From a virus (Duplodnaviria > Caudoviricetes), in IMG/VR virus record IMGVR_UViG_3300005076_000002, positions 32,001 through 96,000 of that record: a DNA stretch of 64,000 bases; one strand, written 5' to 3'. How positions within the stretch are numbered: the first letter of the stretch is position 1; each line of letters starts with the position of its first letter. A model generated the notes under the pieces. It was not told the origin of the DNA, did no database searches, and saw only the letters and a program-made list of their open reading frames with translations. The position numbers were made by a program, and so were the translations under genes. This document shows, piece by piece, positions 10,266-20,882 of the stretch.

Positions 10266-13200
10266 ATGGCTATCCTATTACGTAATTTTAACCGTAACTA
10301 TACGGTTATTCGTCTACCGCAGTTTGGCGCTCCGCGCGTTGCCAGTTTGGAACTGCTGGAATTGCCGCGTGGGAGTATTTTCCATTACCTGCCTGGTGAT
10401 GTTACTGAGATTGGACCCCCTCAGACATTGCAAGTTTTGGAGCGGGCTGAAAAGCTCGTTCAGGTAAGACACGTCCGTGAGTTGGCTACCGACAACATTC
10501 ACGGGCGTCCTATCCTTATTCCCACCCCGTTGGACCGTAAAATTTTACAGTACCACCGGTTAAACAAAAAACTGCGGATGATGCGTGACGATAGTCTTAT
10601 CACCCGTGACGAACGTACACTGCTGGTAGAGAACTATGCGTTGCTGCCGCAGCGCTATCGCTACCGTGAAACTCTGATGAGTTGGTATGATCGTTGGCAC
10701 AACCTCTACGTGACTATCTTCAACCAAATGAAGGAAGACACGAAGAAGTACGATCGTCAGAACTACATGTTCTTGCAGATGCCGGACGTTCTGCCTTCCA
10801 TCGCTCAACTGCGTCGTGCAGAGAAGAGTAAAGACCAAGCCTCTCTTCGCACTATCCGTACCGACCAAGCTCTGTTCTTCCTGGACCTGTGGACGTGGCT
10901 CGGTACTGAGCGTCGTCGTAGTCTGCTGTCCGTTCTGGATGAGCATGAACTGCGTCGCGTTAACATCGTGCTGGTTTACAAGGACAAGTTTGTCAACTTG
11001 AACTTGGGTGAGCTGGATTTCTGGCGTCGTAAAGAAAACAACATCGGTCTGGTTAAGCCTGAGCAAATGCAGCGTCGTCTTTACGCCACTGCGATGCGTC
11101 TGGCTACCGAGGCTGAAAGCCAGGCCAGCAAACTGGTAGTCGAAGACAACCAGGAAGAAATCGTTGAAGAAGAGAACCTCGAGCAAAATGCCGAGAATCC
11201 GAAGTTGGAAGATACCTTGGATGCGGATGAAGGTGATGACGGTGAAGATGAAGATGAGGCAGCTGTTAAGGTAGCGCCGGTCGAAATTGACACTGCTCTG
11301 GATCCTGACCCCAATGCTGAAGGTCAGTTCAACGAGGATGATGAAGGGGCGATCGAGGCAGAGTTGGCTAAGTATGACGATGTTGAGAAGCTGGGCATTG
11401 ATGAAGATGCCGAGTTTGAGATCGTCAAACAGCCGACCGATGAACAGCGAGAAGATGAAGTAATTGACATCTATCAGGTGCCGACCTTTGAGTCCGGTAT
11501 TGAGAAAGAGTGTCAGCGCTTTATCGATGCAGGGGCTCTGACTACTCGTGAATACGAGCGGGTTAAGAACCAGGCAGTTCTCTATAAGTCCATCCCCAAT
11601 CCGAACGGCGAGGGTCTGCTGGCTGAGCACATCACCGCTAAGCCGGAAGAGTTGAAGTTGGTGCGCAAGCAGATTCTTTCTGACGACCCTACCATCTTTG
11701 ATAAGACCGCTGCGGTTAGCGTCGGCAACAGCACCACTAAACAGTATATCCAAAAGGTTCTGCCTAAAGATATCAATGCATCCGTACTGAGCCTTCAAAA
11801 GGCTGGCTACATCGTGACCGACTATAACGTCGAGAAGATCGTAGATGCGGCTAACCGGGTAGAGCTCCACACTGTCCGGGTGAGCACTGTTAAGGGTGAG
11901 CAGTCCACACTGCGCTTTACCATCCCGACGTTCGATGATCATGGTTACTGGACTTCCAACGACATCACCTACACCCTGCGTAAGCAGCGTGTTGATTTGC
12001 CGATTCGTAAGACAGCTCCTGACACCGTGGCCTTGACCACGTTCTACGGTAAGAACTTTGTTCGCCGTAACGAGAAGAACGTCCACAATGCTACCCTGTG
12101 GCTCACTAACCAAATTGTGGCTCGGGGTATTGATCATAACGATCAGTCCATCACTAACGTTCGCTTCTCTAACGTGTTTGACCCGACAGTCAGACTGCCC
12201 AAAGACTATACCTCTATTGCAACTCGTTTGGCAGGGTTTGAATCCAATGGGATTACCTACCACTTCGACCATCGCAATATCGAGAAGAACTTTGGCGGGG
12301 AACTGGTTAAAGAGCTCAAGGATAAATCGCTGGTACCGATCGCTAAGAAAGGTGAGGCAGTCTATGCGATGGATCCGACCAGTATGGTCTACAAGCAAAC
12401 TGCGAAGGGCGTGGAGGAAGTTGGTACGATTACCGACATTCTCAACATCGATTCTGGTAAGCGACCGTATGAGTTTGCAGAACTGTCGTTGATGGGTAAG
12501 GCCATCCCGCTGGCAATCATCTTCTCCTATTACCTCGGTATCGAGCGAATGCTCAAGCTTTACAAGATCCCTTACCGGATTACCGAGAGTACGGAACGGG
12601 GTAACGCTGCAACCGACGACCTCGTGATGAAGATGAGCGACTGTAAGCTGGTGATTATGCCGGAGAACTCTGAGCAGCGAATGTTGCTCAACGGTTTGAG
12701 GCCATATCTCAAATTGACGTCTGCGTATACCCTGCGCGATTTCAACCAGCCTGACGTTTATCTGAACCTGATTCAGAAAGACGGCCTGTCAGTTCGCTAT
12801 CTCAACGAACTGACGCTGATGGATGACCTGTTCATTGACCCGATCGCTGATCGGATGTTGCAGAAGATGGGTGAACCTCGGACGTTCCAAGGTCTGCTCA
12901 AACGCGCTAACGAAATGCTGGTCTTTGATGATGCACCGCATGAAACTGATGCGGAACACATGCACATCTTTAGCCACCAGCGTATTGCCGGTGCCGTCTA
13001 TACCGAGATGGTTCGCTCGGTTCGTGAGTATCGTAACAAGCCTGGTTCTCGTAAGAAACTCGAGATGCATAACCAGGCAGTCTGGCAACGGATCACGCAA
13101 GACCCGGCAGCTGCACCTTCCTCGGATGCAAACCCACTACATTCGGTTAAAGAGGCTGACGTAGTTACCTTTGGTGGTAACGGTGGTCGTAGTCGTCGAA

Positions 13201-14561
13201 GTATGGTGAAACACACCCGTGCCTATACCAAGAGTGATCTTGGGATTGTGTCCGGCGACACCGTGGATAACGGTGACGTAGGTATGACAGCCTATCTGTG
13301 TGCCGACCCGCTCTTTGATGACGTTGACGGGATTCTCAGAAAAGACATCGACCGTGATAACCTCACGATCAGTCAGCTCATGAGTAACTGCACGTCCATT
13401 GCCCCTGGGGCGGTTTTCGATGACGATAAACGGAACAACTTCGTAGGTATCCAACACGGCTCTGGTATTGCTGCTGAGGGGTATGAAGTTACTGGTCTGC
13501 GTACTGGAGCTGAGAAGCTCATCGCTCACCGCACTGGCCCTACCCAGGCTAACGCGGCAGAGGCTGACGGTAAAGTGGTGGCGCTCGAGCCCACCTACAT
13601 TACTATCCAGTATGGTAGTGGGAAAGACACGTATTCCAAGTCTTACAAATTGGGACGCCATTTTGGACGACATGAGGGTAGTACGTTCCCCCACACGCTG
13701 GTAACTAATTTGAAGTTGGGTCAGAAGGTGGGTGTCTCTGACATCGTTACGTATAACGAGAACTTCTTTGAGCCTGACCTGTTCAACCCAAAACAGGTGA
13801 ACTGGAAAGCGGGTGTAATGGCTACCGTGGTATTGCTAGAAGGTACTGACACGCTCGAAGACTCGAGTGCGGTTAGTAAACGTCTGGCAGAGAAACTGCG
13901 GGCACCGTTGACTAAGACCAAATACGTTACTGTCCGTTTTGATCAGGCAGTGCATGGACTCGTTAAGGAAGGCGATGAGGTAACGCCGGAAACTATTTTA
14001 TGTACCATTGAAGACTCCCTCACAGCAAACAATGAAGTGTTTGACGATGAGAGTCTTGAGACCCTACGGTCTATTTCGGCTCAAGTGCCTAAGGCTAAAG
14101 CAGGCGGTGTAATCGACAAGATCGAAGTCTTCTATAATGGCGACAAGGATGAAATGTCCGAAACGATTCGGGCAATCGCTAATATGGGAGACCGGGCACG
14201 GAAAAAGGAGGCTGCTCAGTCTCCTGATACGATGGCCGAGACGGGTCGAGTCGACAGCAGCTTGCGACTGGACGGTAAGCCTGTGGAATTGGATACATTG
14301 GTAATTCGTATCTATATTACTCAGCGCGTTCCGGCCGTTGGCGGTGATAAGGCTGTATTTGCTAACCAGATGAAGTCTACCTTCCGTCGTATTCTGGCGG
14401 GTAAGAACCGTACCGTGAGTGGACTTGAACTCGATGCAATCTTTGGTAAGGAATCCATCGATGCGCGGGTGGTATTGTCCGTTTACAAAATCGGGACTAC
14501 TAATACACTCTGTCGCCTAATATCTGAACACTGCCGTGCCATCCTTGCGAAACACGGTTAA
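10266..14561 (+). CDS. Virion RNA polymerase beta subunit (phiKZ gp178 / SPN3US gp241-like)
   Basis: 1431 aa with beta-like motifs (GGNGGRS, TVDNGDVG, DDDKRNNF, TLEDSSAVS, GDKAVFANQMKS) and an acidic linker at about aa 285-400. Confidence 0.92.
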   Translation: MAILLRNFNRNYTVIRLPQFGAPRVASLELLELPRGSIFHYLPGDVTEIGPPQTLQVLERAEKLVQVRHVRELATDNIHGRPILIPTPLDRKILQYHRLNKKLRMMRDDSLITRDERTLLVENYALLPQRYRYRETLMSWYDRWHNLYVTIFNQMKEDTKKYDRQNYMFLQMPDVLPSIAQLRRAEKSKDQASLRTIRTDQALFFLDLWTWLGTERRRSLLSVLDEHELRRVNIVLVYKDKFVNLNLGELDFWRRKENNIGLVKPEQMQRRLYATAMRLATEAESQASKLVVEDNQEEIVEEENLEQNAENPKLEDTLDADEGDDGEDEDEAAVKVAPVEIDTALDPDPNAEGQFNEDDEGAIEAELAKYDDVEKLGIDEDAEFEIVKQPTDEQREDEVIDIYQVPTFESGIEKECQRFIDAGALTTREYERVKNQAVLYKSIPNPNGEGLLAEHITAKPEELKLVRKQILSDDPTIFDKTAAVSVGNSTTKQYIQKVLPKDINASVLSLQKAGYIVTDYNVEKIVDAANRVELHTVRVSTVKGEQSTLRFTIPTFDDHGYWTSNDITYTLRKQRVDLPIRKTAPDTVALTTFYGKNFVRRNEKNVHNATLWLTNQIVARGIDHNDQSITNVRFSNVFDPTVRLPKDYTSIATRLAGFESNGITYHFDHRNIEKNFGGELVKELKDKSLVPIAKKGEAVYAMDPTSMVYKQTAKGVEEVGTITDILNIDSGKRPYEFAELSLMGKAIPLAIIFSYYLGIERMLKLYKIPYRITESTERGNAATDDLVMKMSDCKLVIMPENSEQRMLLNGLRPYLKLTSAYTLRDFNQPDVYLNLIQKDGLSVRYLNELTLMDDLFIDPIADRMLQKMGEPRTFQGLLKRANEMLVFDDAPHETDAEHMHIFSHQRIAGAVYTEMVRSVREYRNKPGSRKKLEMHNQAVWQRITQDPAAAPSSDANPLHSVKEADVVTFGGNGGRSRRSMVKHTRAYTKSDLGIVSGDTVDNGDVGMTAYLCADPLFDDVDGILRKDIDRDNLTISQLMSNCTSIAPGAVFDDDKRNNFVGIQHGSGIAAEGYEVTGLRTGAEKLIAHRTGPTQANAAEADGKVVALEPTYITIQYGSGKDTYSKSYKLGRHFGRHEGSTFPHTLVTNLKLGQKVGVSDIVTYNENFFEPDLFNPKQVNWKAGVMATVVLLEGTDTLEDSSAVSKRLAEKLRAPLTKTKYVTVRFDQAVHGLVKEGDEVTPETILCTIEDSLTANNEVFDDESLETLRSISAQVPKAKAGGVIDKIEVFYNGDKDEMSETIRAIANMGDRARKKEAAQSPDTMAETGRVDSSLRLDGKPVELDTLVIRIYITQRVPAVGGDKAVFANQMKSTFRRILAGKNRTVSGLELDAIFGKESIDARVVLSVYKIGTTNTLCRLISEHCRAILAKHG

Positions 14562-14604
14562 ATCCCAATGGGGGCGGTAACGCCCCCTCACTTCGGAGAG
14601 TAAT

Positions 14605-14802
14605 ATGCACGTTACCCTTGAACGTCAGAATCTGGTGGTTCTGTCGAACCTGATCGAACTGACCGTCAAATCCACTATGAAGGTTCTCGGCAATGATACG
14701 TCGAAGACCATGTCTGGTGTGAAGCTGACTCGTCAAATGGTTGCTGATGCGGCAACCGCCCATCTCAACTCTCACATCAGCGTACGCATCGGGAGCAAAT
14801 AA
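14605..14802 (+). CDS. Small hypothetical protein (position of SPN3US gp242)
   Basis: GGAGAG SD, phage-typical codon usage, stop abuts the next start. Confidence 0.7.
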   Translation: MHVTLERQNLVVLSNLIELTVKSTMKVLGNDTSKTMSGVKLTRQMVADAATAHLNSHISVRIGSK

Positions 14803-16254
14803 ATGATCAACGAATCTACCCTGGTCGCAATTGATCCGTTGTTGACCAAGCTCAACGCTGCGAACGTTTCGGTCGTTGCAAGCAACCAGACACTGCTGGG
14901 TGCCCTGGTACAGGCCAGTAACTCCCCGATCGTTTGTGGCTATCAAGGCGAGTCTGGCTTTACTGAGGCCTGGCTGAAGTCCCTGGATGTCGACATGGTA
15001 TTCGGCGTTGCCGGCCGTCAGGTCATCCCTAACGAGAACGGCGAGATGACTACGCTGTTCGGTAATAGCCTGCACAGCGAGTCCATGGAAGAGGCGGCTA
15101 CTATCGTCTCTACTGCGGTGACTACTGCGCTCGGCTTTACCCGTAACGTCGTTAAGCCGATCTGTGCCACTGTCATCGACGGTATCACCGCCATGATGGA
15201 CGAAGCACAAACCGTCGTCGAGGCTTATGAAATCGTCGATGTGGCACCGCTGGGTGTTTGGGACAGCCCCTTCATCGTAGGTATGCTGGAAAAGTTTGAA
15301 AGCTTCAAAGCTGTCCAGCCGATCAAGCGTGAAGACATCCCTCAGCTGATCGCTCCGGCTAATCTCGAAGAACTGCTCCAGTCCGGTAACAGCCAACTGG
15401 ATAGCGCGGTAGAGCAGATACTGAAAGAAACCGGTCTGACCCCAGTCGATCTGTTCAACAGCGTGTTCAATAGCCTGACTCCGGTCGGTCAACTGCCCCG
15501 TCAGTATTGGATAGAACGTAATCTGATGCTGGCTCAGCTGGTAATGGTTTCGCTGCTGGCCGACAATCCGTGGCCGAACATGGGTATCAGTGGCACTCGC
15601 TGGTCTTCTATCACCAGTCGGATGGAAGTATCTCTGGGCATCGCGTGCAATCTGATGCGCAAGATGCAGATCGAAGACACTACTAATGGTGTGGTAGTTC
15701 TTGGCGGTGACGAGAAAGAAGGTCGCATCTACGTTAACGGCCCGTGCTATGAAAACTATCTGGCAGGTACCGGCACCCCGGAGGTGATCATCGGCGGCTG
15801 GATCAAAACCAAGAGTCCGTATCAGATGACTCCGGCCAAACTGGAAAGCGAGCGCGATGCGTTCCTCCAGGCTTGGACCAGCTACCACAACGCTCGTCAG
15901 TACAGCCAGAATGCCGGCCGTGTGGCTAAGCTGCGTACTGCTATCAATAACCAGCTGATGGTTGCGATCGATAACCTCGATCCGAAGACCCTGAAGCCGG
16001 GCGATACCAAGGTCATTCTGGTTGAGCGTGTTAAGGCTCGCCTGAACGAACTGAAACCGCACCAGATGGGTGATGTCGGTCTGACCGTCATTCACGTTGT
16101 CTGTGATTGCTTCTTCCCCCACACACCGAGTAAGACCCTGCTGCTGCGGATCAACGATCTGTGTAAAGAAGGGGCCGAAGGTGAAGAGGCTGCCACTCAA
16201 GCCGCTATCGAATACGTAGTGGACTGGTTGGCATCCATGGTGATTTACTCCTAA
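14803..16254 (+). CDS. Virion/head structural protein (phiKZ gp177-like)
   Basis: 483 aa, strong codon bias, synteny between vRNAP beta and the protease. Confidence 0.65.
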   Translation: MINESTLVAIDPLLTKLNAANVSVVASNQTLLGALVQASNSPIVCGYQGESGFTEAWLKSLDVDMVFGVAGRQVIPNENGEMTTLFGNSLHSESMEEAATIVSTAVTTALGFTRNVVKPICATVIDGITAMMDEAQTVVEAYEIVDVAPLGVWDSPFIVGMLEKFESFKAVQPIKREDIPQLIAPANLEELLQSGNSQLDSAVEQILKETGLTPVDLFNSVFNSLTPVGQLPRQYWIERNLMLAQLVMVSLLADNPWPNMGISGTRWSSITSRMEVSLGIACNLMRKMQIEDTTNGVVVLGGDEKEGRIYVNGPCYENYLAGTGTPEVIIGGWIKTKSPYQMTPAKLESERDAFLQAWTSYHNARQYSQNAGRVAKLRTAINNQLMVAIDNLDPKTLKPGDTKVILVERVKARLNELKPHQMGDVGLTVIHVVCDCFFPHTPSKTLLLRINDLCKEGAEGEEAATQAAIEYVVDWLASMVIYS

Positions 16255-16266
16255 CCGAGGTACTAG

Positions 16267-16998
16267 ATGGACATCTCTAATTTGAAGCGGGAACCTCAGA
16301 AGGTTCGTGAAACGTTCATTGAGAACAAAAACAATGAACTGATTACAAAGACTGGCTGTACGATTTATGTGCCTGCCAACTATACCGAAAAGGGTCTCGG
16401 TTTCATCGCAGAAGAGGTGTCCATCTTAGGCATCTTCATGGTTGTTATCAAAGGCGGCTACTATGCCGTCTCTGATAAGGCCACTTCGATGGTTACGTTG
16501 GGACAGTGCATTATCGATACTGTCAAGATGGGGCCGGACGAAGAGGAGTATCTCAAGTTTGAGTTTGAACCTGGTGCGGTAGTTCTCAAAACTACGCTGC
16601 TGGTTAAAGACAAAAAGCTTACCAACGCCATCCTCGACTACTTTGTTGACTTTGGTCATGCTCCGTGGTTCTTCAACTACTTGGACTTGGCTGAACTGCT
16701 TCGTGAAACTCCGTACTTCAATGACATTAAGTTGGGGGGTGGTCAACCTGTTTACGACATGATCGTTGCGCCATTGGCGAGAACGCAGAAAGACATAACT
16801 AAATACTACCGGCATTTCATTAAGGTAGATGGCGACGTTTATGGTCGCCCGCTGTTCGTACCTACGCGAGACATTGCTTTGACCACCACGTCGAACCTTG
16901 CATCGCTTAACGGTTCCGAATTACAACGCGGTATTAAGGCAGCCCTGACTCGTGTCGTAGATCGTTCAGAGCCACTGGAAGAACTCTTCATCAAGTAA
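16267..16998 (+). CDS. Virion RNAP beta' C-terminal subunit (phiKZ gp176 / SPN3US gp244-like)
   Basis: C-terminus (TTSNLASLNGSELQRGIKAAL..SEPLEEL) resembles the beta' C-terminal region; size and synteny fit. Confidence 0.7.
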   Translation: MDISNLKREPQKVRETFIENKNNELITKTGCTIYVPANYTEKGLGFIAEEVSILGIFMVVIKGGYYAVSDKATSMVTLGQCIIDTVKMGPDEEEYLKFEFEPGAVVLKTTLLVKDKKLTNAILDYFVDFGHAPWFFNYLDLAELLRETPYFNDIKLGGGQPVYDMIVAPLARTQKDITKYYRHFIKVDGDVYGRPLFVPTRDIALTTTSNLASLNGSELQRGIKAALTRVVDRSEPLEELFIK

Positions 16999-17008
16999 CG
17001 GGTGACGT

Positions 17009-17797
17009 ATGACATTGAAATATGCATGTACCGCTCTAGTCGGTACGAACAAATCTGGCGTTGTTAAACCCGACGCCAACGGATACTACCGGATGCTGTT
17101 GGGCGCTTTGAACTTCCCCAACAACAACAAGATCATCTACGACTATGAATCGTCTAAACACGTATTCGAGTCGTCCAACACGTTCATGCGACGCATGACT
17201 GCTGGTAACCTCTACGGTGAGTATGAGCATCCCGACTGGGTAGATGGCTGGTCTTTGGAACAGTTCATGTCACGGGTTCGTTTCATCGACGGCACTAACG
17301 TCTCCCACCACATCCGTGATATCGAGATTGTGAAGGGTCCGATGGAGCAGGGTCGTCAGGTCTATCTGATCTACGGGTCTGTTAAACCTGATCGCATTCA
17401 CGGCCATCTGCTCAAGGCGGCTCTGGAGAACCCGGATCAGAACGTATGTTTCAGCATCCGTTCTATCATCACTGATCGTATCTGGATGGGTCAGCGACTG
17501 CGCACTGTAGACGAACTTATCACCTTCGACTGGGTTACTGAGCCGGGTATTAAGCTTGCTTGCAAGTGGAATGCCCCTGGCTTGGAATCTTACGGTTGTG
17601 AGTTCCTCGGTCAGGAGGACGCCGCTGAAGTGGCTATTCCTTATGACGTTATTGAAAACCTGTACCAGAAAGGTAAAGCATCGGGTGCTCATGTAGGTAT
17701 GGAATCCGAGCAATTTGCCGGGTTGGAAGCCTTGCGTGAGCGACTGGCTAAGAACGGGCACGGAATCGGGAAACCTATCGCGCTCCTGGCTTGGTAA
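17009..17797 (+). CDS. Prohead (head maturation) serine protease, phiKZ gp175-like
   Basis: LYGEYEHP, VSHHI, CFSIRS and TFDWVTEPG motifs; C-terminal GLE/GME self-cleavage-like sites. Confidence 0.9.
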   Translation: MTLKYACTALVGTNKSGVVKPDANGYYRMLLGALNFPNNNKIIYDYESSKHVFESSNTFMRRMTAGNLYGEYEHPDWVDGWSLEQFMSRVRFIDGTNVSHHIRDIEIVKGPMEQGRQVYLIYGSVKPDRIHGHLLKAALENPDQNVCFSIRSIITDRIWMGQRLRTVDELITFDWVTEPGIKLACKWNAPGLESYGCEFLGQEDAAEVAIPYDVIENLYQKGKASGAHVGMESEQFAGLEALRERLAKNGHGIGKPIALLAW

Positions 17798-17812
17798 ATA
17801 TGGACGGGCAAC

Positions 17813-18499
17813 ATGGCTAAGATCGATACTTGGCTTAACAACCAACTGCCCGATATTAAGCGCAATCTGACGGTGGAGAAGGGTTTGGATTTTCTTCATA
17901 TCTCCACCAATGCAACAATAAAGAAGATGCGCCCGCGTATCGGTGACAGGCAAATGAAAGAAGAGGATAGAACCATTCCTCGGATTTGTGGATGCGAAAC
18001 ACTTGTCGGCTGTATCTATGGTCATAGCGGAATTCACCGCCAGACCATGGATGCGGCATTTGGGGAGTTCGAATGGGATGGGATAATCACGGTTTACAAG
18101 TTGGAAATTGACAACTTCGTTAGGCCGAATGATAAGCTCGTCCCGGATGCCGGACGAACCAAGGAATTGTGGATTGTGCCGTACTCTCCTGAAGCCTACG
18201 AGGTGAAAACCCGTAAGGTCGGACGGATGGTGGTGGCACATGCTACTGAGGAGGCTGACGCTGGGGAGGTAGTCCAGAAAAACCTTTTCTATCTGGAAGT
18301 GGGGGAGCCATTTAAGGTTGAAGATGAAGTGTTCGATATCGGACTCTACAGCTTCCGCTTAGACGGTGGTCTGTTCCTTACTTCCGATAAGAAATCGAAG
18401 CCAGAATCCATCTATGACATTCGTACGATCACTCCCGGTCTATGGAATGAGACTATCGCCAAAATGAAGAAGATCCATGCGATGCGCAAAAGCGCTTAA
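17813..18499 (+). CDS. Hypothetical protein, possible ADP-ribosyltransferase-like fold
   Basis: FLHIS...PRI...EDRTIPRICG...VPDA..TKELW pattern. Confidence 0.5.
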   Translation: MAKIDTWLNNQLPDIKRNLTVEKGLDFLHISTNATIKKMRPRIGDRQMKEEDRTIPRICGCETLVGCIYGHSGIHRQTMDAAFGEFEWDGIITVYKLEIDNFVRPNDKLVPDAGRTKELWIVPYSPEAYEVKTRKVGRMVVAHATEEADAGEVVQKNLFYLEVGEPFKVEDEVFDIGLYSFRLDGGLFLTSDKKSKPESIYDIRTITPGLWNETIAKMKKIHAMRKSA

Positions 18500-18528
18500 C
18501 TTGGTGAAAAAGAAATAAGGCGGTAATC

Positions 18529-18840
18529 ATGGCCACAACAAGTATAAACCTGCCAATTCCCGAGTCGGTGTTTCGGCTTGGTGAAAACGTTGTCGAAAAT
18601 CTGGTGGTGGCGGGCATCACCAAAGATGTAACCATTGACGACATTGAAACAGTTCTGACTAACCACTGTAAAAAAGATAAGCGTCATGTCAAAGCGCTTA
18701 TCCGTATCGTTGACTCGGAGTCGCTGGTCAACCTGAACCGCGAGCTGAAAGGTTTGCGCGAACAGGTGTTGCCGGAAGATAAGATGAAGATCCGTGCATC
18801 GTACTCTCGTGGATTGTGTCAGGTTTTACATTACAAATAG
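18529..18840 (+). CDS. Hypothetical protein
   Basis: AAGGCGG SD-like site; operon context. Confidence 0.7.
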   Translation: MATTSINLPIPESVFRLGENVVENLVVAGITKDVTIDDIETVLTNHCKKDKRHVKALIRIVDSESLVNLNRELKGLREQVLPEDKMKIRASYSRGLCQVLHYK

Positions 18841-18846
18841 TGGAGG

Positions 18847-19374
18847 ATGGTTGTGCGACTGCCGATAGCATATGTAGACTTGGATGGCGTAGGGGCGGAT
18901 TTCATTGCTGGGGTTCTTTCGGCTCTGAACCATTCGATGACTGAAGCTGAGTTTCAGGCCAGACGTGATAGCGACGCAATATTGAAGAAGATATTTGAAC
19001 AAGATGTTCACTTCTTTGCCAAGCTCCCGCCGATTCCTGAATTTCATAAACTGATTGCAGGGTTAGATAAGCTTCCACTGGAGTGGAAGATTCTGACGGC
19101 AACAGGCCAAAACCACCCAAGCTACAAAATCGCTCGAGAGGATAAAATATATTGGTTAGGGAAAACCTTTAACATCCCAAGGAGCAAGGTCATCGTGGTA
19201 GAGCGTTCTGCTGATAAAGCGGTCTACGCTAATCCGCAGGCTGTACTGATCGATGATATGCAGTATAACTGTGATAACTTCACTAAGCGCGGTGGCCACG
19301 CTGTTTTGGTGAAGGATATAGACTATCGTGCAGAAGACATAATCGAATCCATTGTAAAAACAGGAATCGTGTAA
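18847..19374 (+). CDS. HAD-family 5'(3')-deoxyribonucleotidase
   Basis: Motif I VDLDGV, motif II ILTAT, conserved K, motif IV LIDD; GGAGG SD. Confidence 0.85.
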   Translation: MVVRLPIAYVDLDGVGADFIAGVLSALNHSMTEAEFQARRDSDAILKKIFEQDVHFFAKLPPIPEFHKLIAGLDKLPLEWKILTATGQNHPSYKIAREDKIYWLGKTFNIPRSKVIVVERSADKAVYANPQAVLIDDMQYNCDNFTKRGGHAVLVKDIDYRAEDIIESIVKTGIV

Positions 19375-19385
19375 CCACACGATAC

Positions 19386-19413
19386 GCTTAGGTGGGGGAA
19401 ACCCCACCTAAGC
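19386..19413 (+). terminator. Stem-loop ending the vRNAP/protease operon
   Basis: GCTTAGGTGGGG-GAAA-CCCCACCTAAGC perfect 12-bp stem; no clear U tract. Confidence 0.55.
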
Positions 19414-19508
19414 TCCTATATGCGCTTATGCGCCACTTTAAAATAAAAGACAATAAACCATAGCAGTCTAGTTCTATAATTAAGCATGGAGCGATACAGG
19501 CCCATTCT

Positions 19509-19538
19509 AAAAAAGAATGGATATATATTATCATAGTG
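19509..19538 (+). promoter_or_regulatory. Early (vRNAP) promoter
   Basis: A-tract, then TATATTATC (19524-19532), N3, GTG; matches the phiKZ early TATATTAC consensus. Confidence 0.65.
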
Positions 19539-19612
19539 CAAGTAATGCTAAAAAATTACTGGCACCACAATATTGTGAACAAAACCCTTACCAAGTAATC
19601 TGGAGAAAACAA

Positions 19613-20026
19613 ATGGATCGTATCGCCAAACTCGAAGCTGCTCTGTCCGCTGCCCTGACCAAGACCGAAGCCGGTGTTCCCACCTTCAGCGCCGAGGCCG
19701 AATCCAAGGTGCGCGAGTTCTGCCCCATCAGCCAAGAGCAAGAAACCGAGTACGGTAAATACGTACAGGATCTCAACGTGGCCGTAAGCCGCGTTGGTGG
19801 CAAAGCCATCATCGAGTACGCCAAGGAAAACGCCGACGTTGGTCACACCGAAATCCGTCTGAAGTCCGGCTTCACCACCCACGGTGTCAGCTTCGCTCGC
19901 CCGACCGTCAAAGACGGTGAGAAAGCCACCAAAGAACAAGTCCGCGACGGCCTGGGTATCCACCTGACCGTAAGTCTGTCTGACAACCTGAAATCTGTTG
20001 CGGACGACCTGGCCGGTCTGTTCTAA
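19613..20026 (+). CDS. Early hypothetical protein with highly biased codons
   Basis: ATG 19613 follows GGAG (the track start at 19517 lies inside the promoter); own terminator at 20041-20068. Confidence 0.8.
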   Translation: MDRIAKLEAALSAALTKTEAGVPTFSAEAESKVREFCPISQEQETEYGKYVQDLNVAVSRVGGKAIIEYAKENADVGHTEIRLKSGFTTHGVSFARPTVKDGEKATKEQVRDGLGIHLTVSLSDNLKSVADDLAGLF

Positions 20027-20040
20027 CAGATCATCTAATT

Positions 20041-20068
20041 AGCCTGGCTTCGGCCAGGCTTTTTATTT
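20041..20068 (+). terminator. Intrinsic terminator
   Basis: AGCCTGGC-TTCG-GCCAGGCT followed by a T-rich tract. Confidence 0.8.
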
Positions 20069-20085
20069 GTCACTGGGGGTAGTCA

Positions 20086-20466
20086 ATGGATTGTACTTTA
20101 TTTAAGGAGTATTTGACAAAAGTAGCGGGTGCATACGTGCCCGTATTTATTAATCCATTTCATCTAGCGGAAGCATTCAATTTTGATCCGCTGGTATGGA
20201 CACTGCTTAGTCCTAAACAAGTCCATGACGTAACGTGTGAACTTGATGCCATAGACGTCTATGCCTACGGTGGTCCGTCGCCATCTACAGATCTTCAAGA
20301 TAAGATCATGGCCTATGCACATTGGTGCGGCATCCAAGCTGCCATAGTTAATAACTTGGCTAGTTATGGTCCTATTTGGACAGCACTCTATGTAGCGCAA
20401 AAAGAAGATGGTGATTTGGCCTACTGGGTTATTAAACCACTCAATGTATTCAAGGGAAAGAAATGA
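20086..20466 (+). CDS. Hypothetical protein (paralogue 1 of 3)
   Basis: ORF with SD; motif shared with the next two ORFs. Confidence 0.7.
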   Translation: MDCTLFKEYLTKVAGAYVPVFINPFHLAEAFNFDPLVWTLLSPKQVHDVTCELDAIDVYAYGGPSPSTDLQDKIMAYAHWCGIQAAIVNNLASYGPIWTALYVAQKEDGDLAYWVIKPLNVFKGKK

Positions 20467-20870
20467 ATCGTGAAATGTTAGATCTTTTGAAAGCTCGCAC
20501 TGCTGAGGAAGGACTGCCTATCTTCATCAATCACAGTGCGGTGATTAGAGCATTGGGAACCACTGAGAATATCACGCTGGTTCCGATGACTCTGGAACAA
20601 GTGGGTGAGCTCATGGTCACTGAAGGTGGTCTGAGCATCGACTGTACTGATGCGGAAACACGCGACATCATGTATGGCTATTGCCAACATATGGCCAAGA
20701 AACACGGCGTGCGGTTTGAGCGCTGCAACTTCAGTAATCCGCTGTCCGGTGCAAAGTTGCACAGTGGTGTTTACGTCACTATCCTTGACGACGAGTTGGA
20801 GCTCAATGCAAAATTCGACCCGGTGGTTAGTTTCTGGTACGTGACTACCAAAACAGATTTGATTCGTTAA
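20463..20870 (+). CDS. Hypothetical protein (paralogue 2 of 3)
   Basis: ATGA overlap with the previous gene. Confidence 0.7.
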   Translation: MNREMLDLLKARTAEEGLPIFINHSAVIRALGTTENITLVPMTLEQVGELMVTEGGLSIDCTDAETRDIMYGYCQHMAKKHGVRFERCNFSNPLSGAKLHSGVYVTILDDELELNAKFDPVVSFWYVTTKTDLIR

Positions 20871-20882
20871 TAGGGGGCAGTA

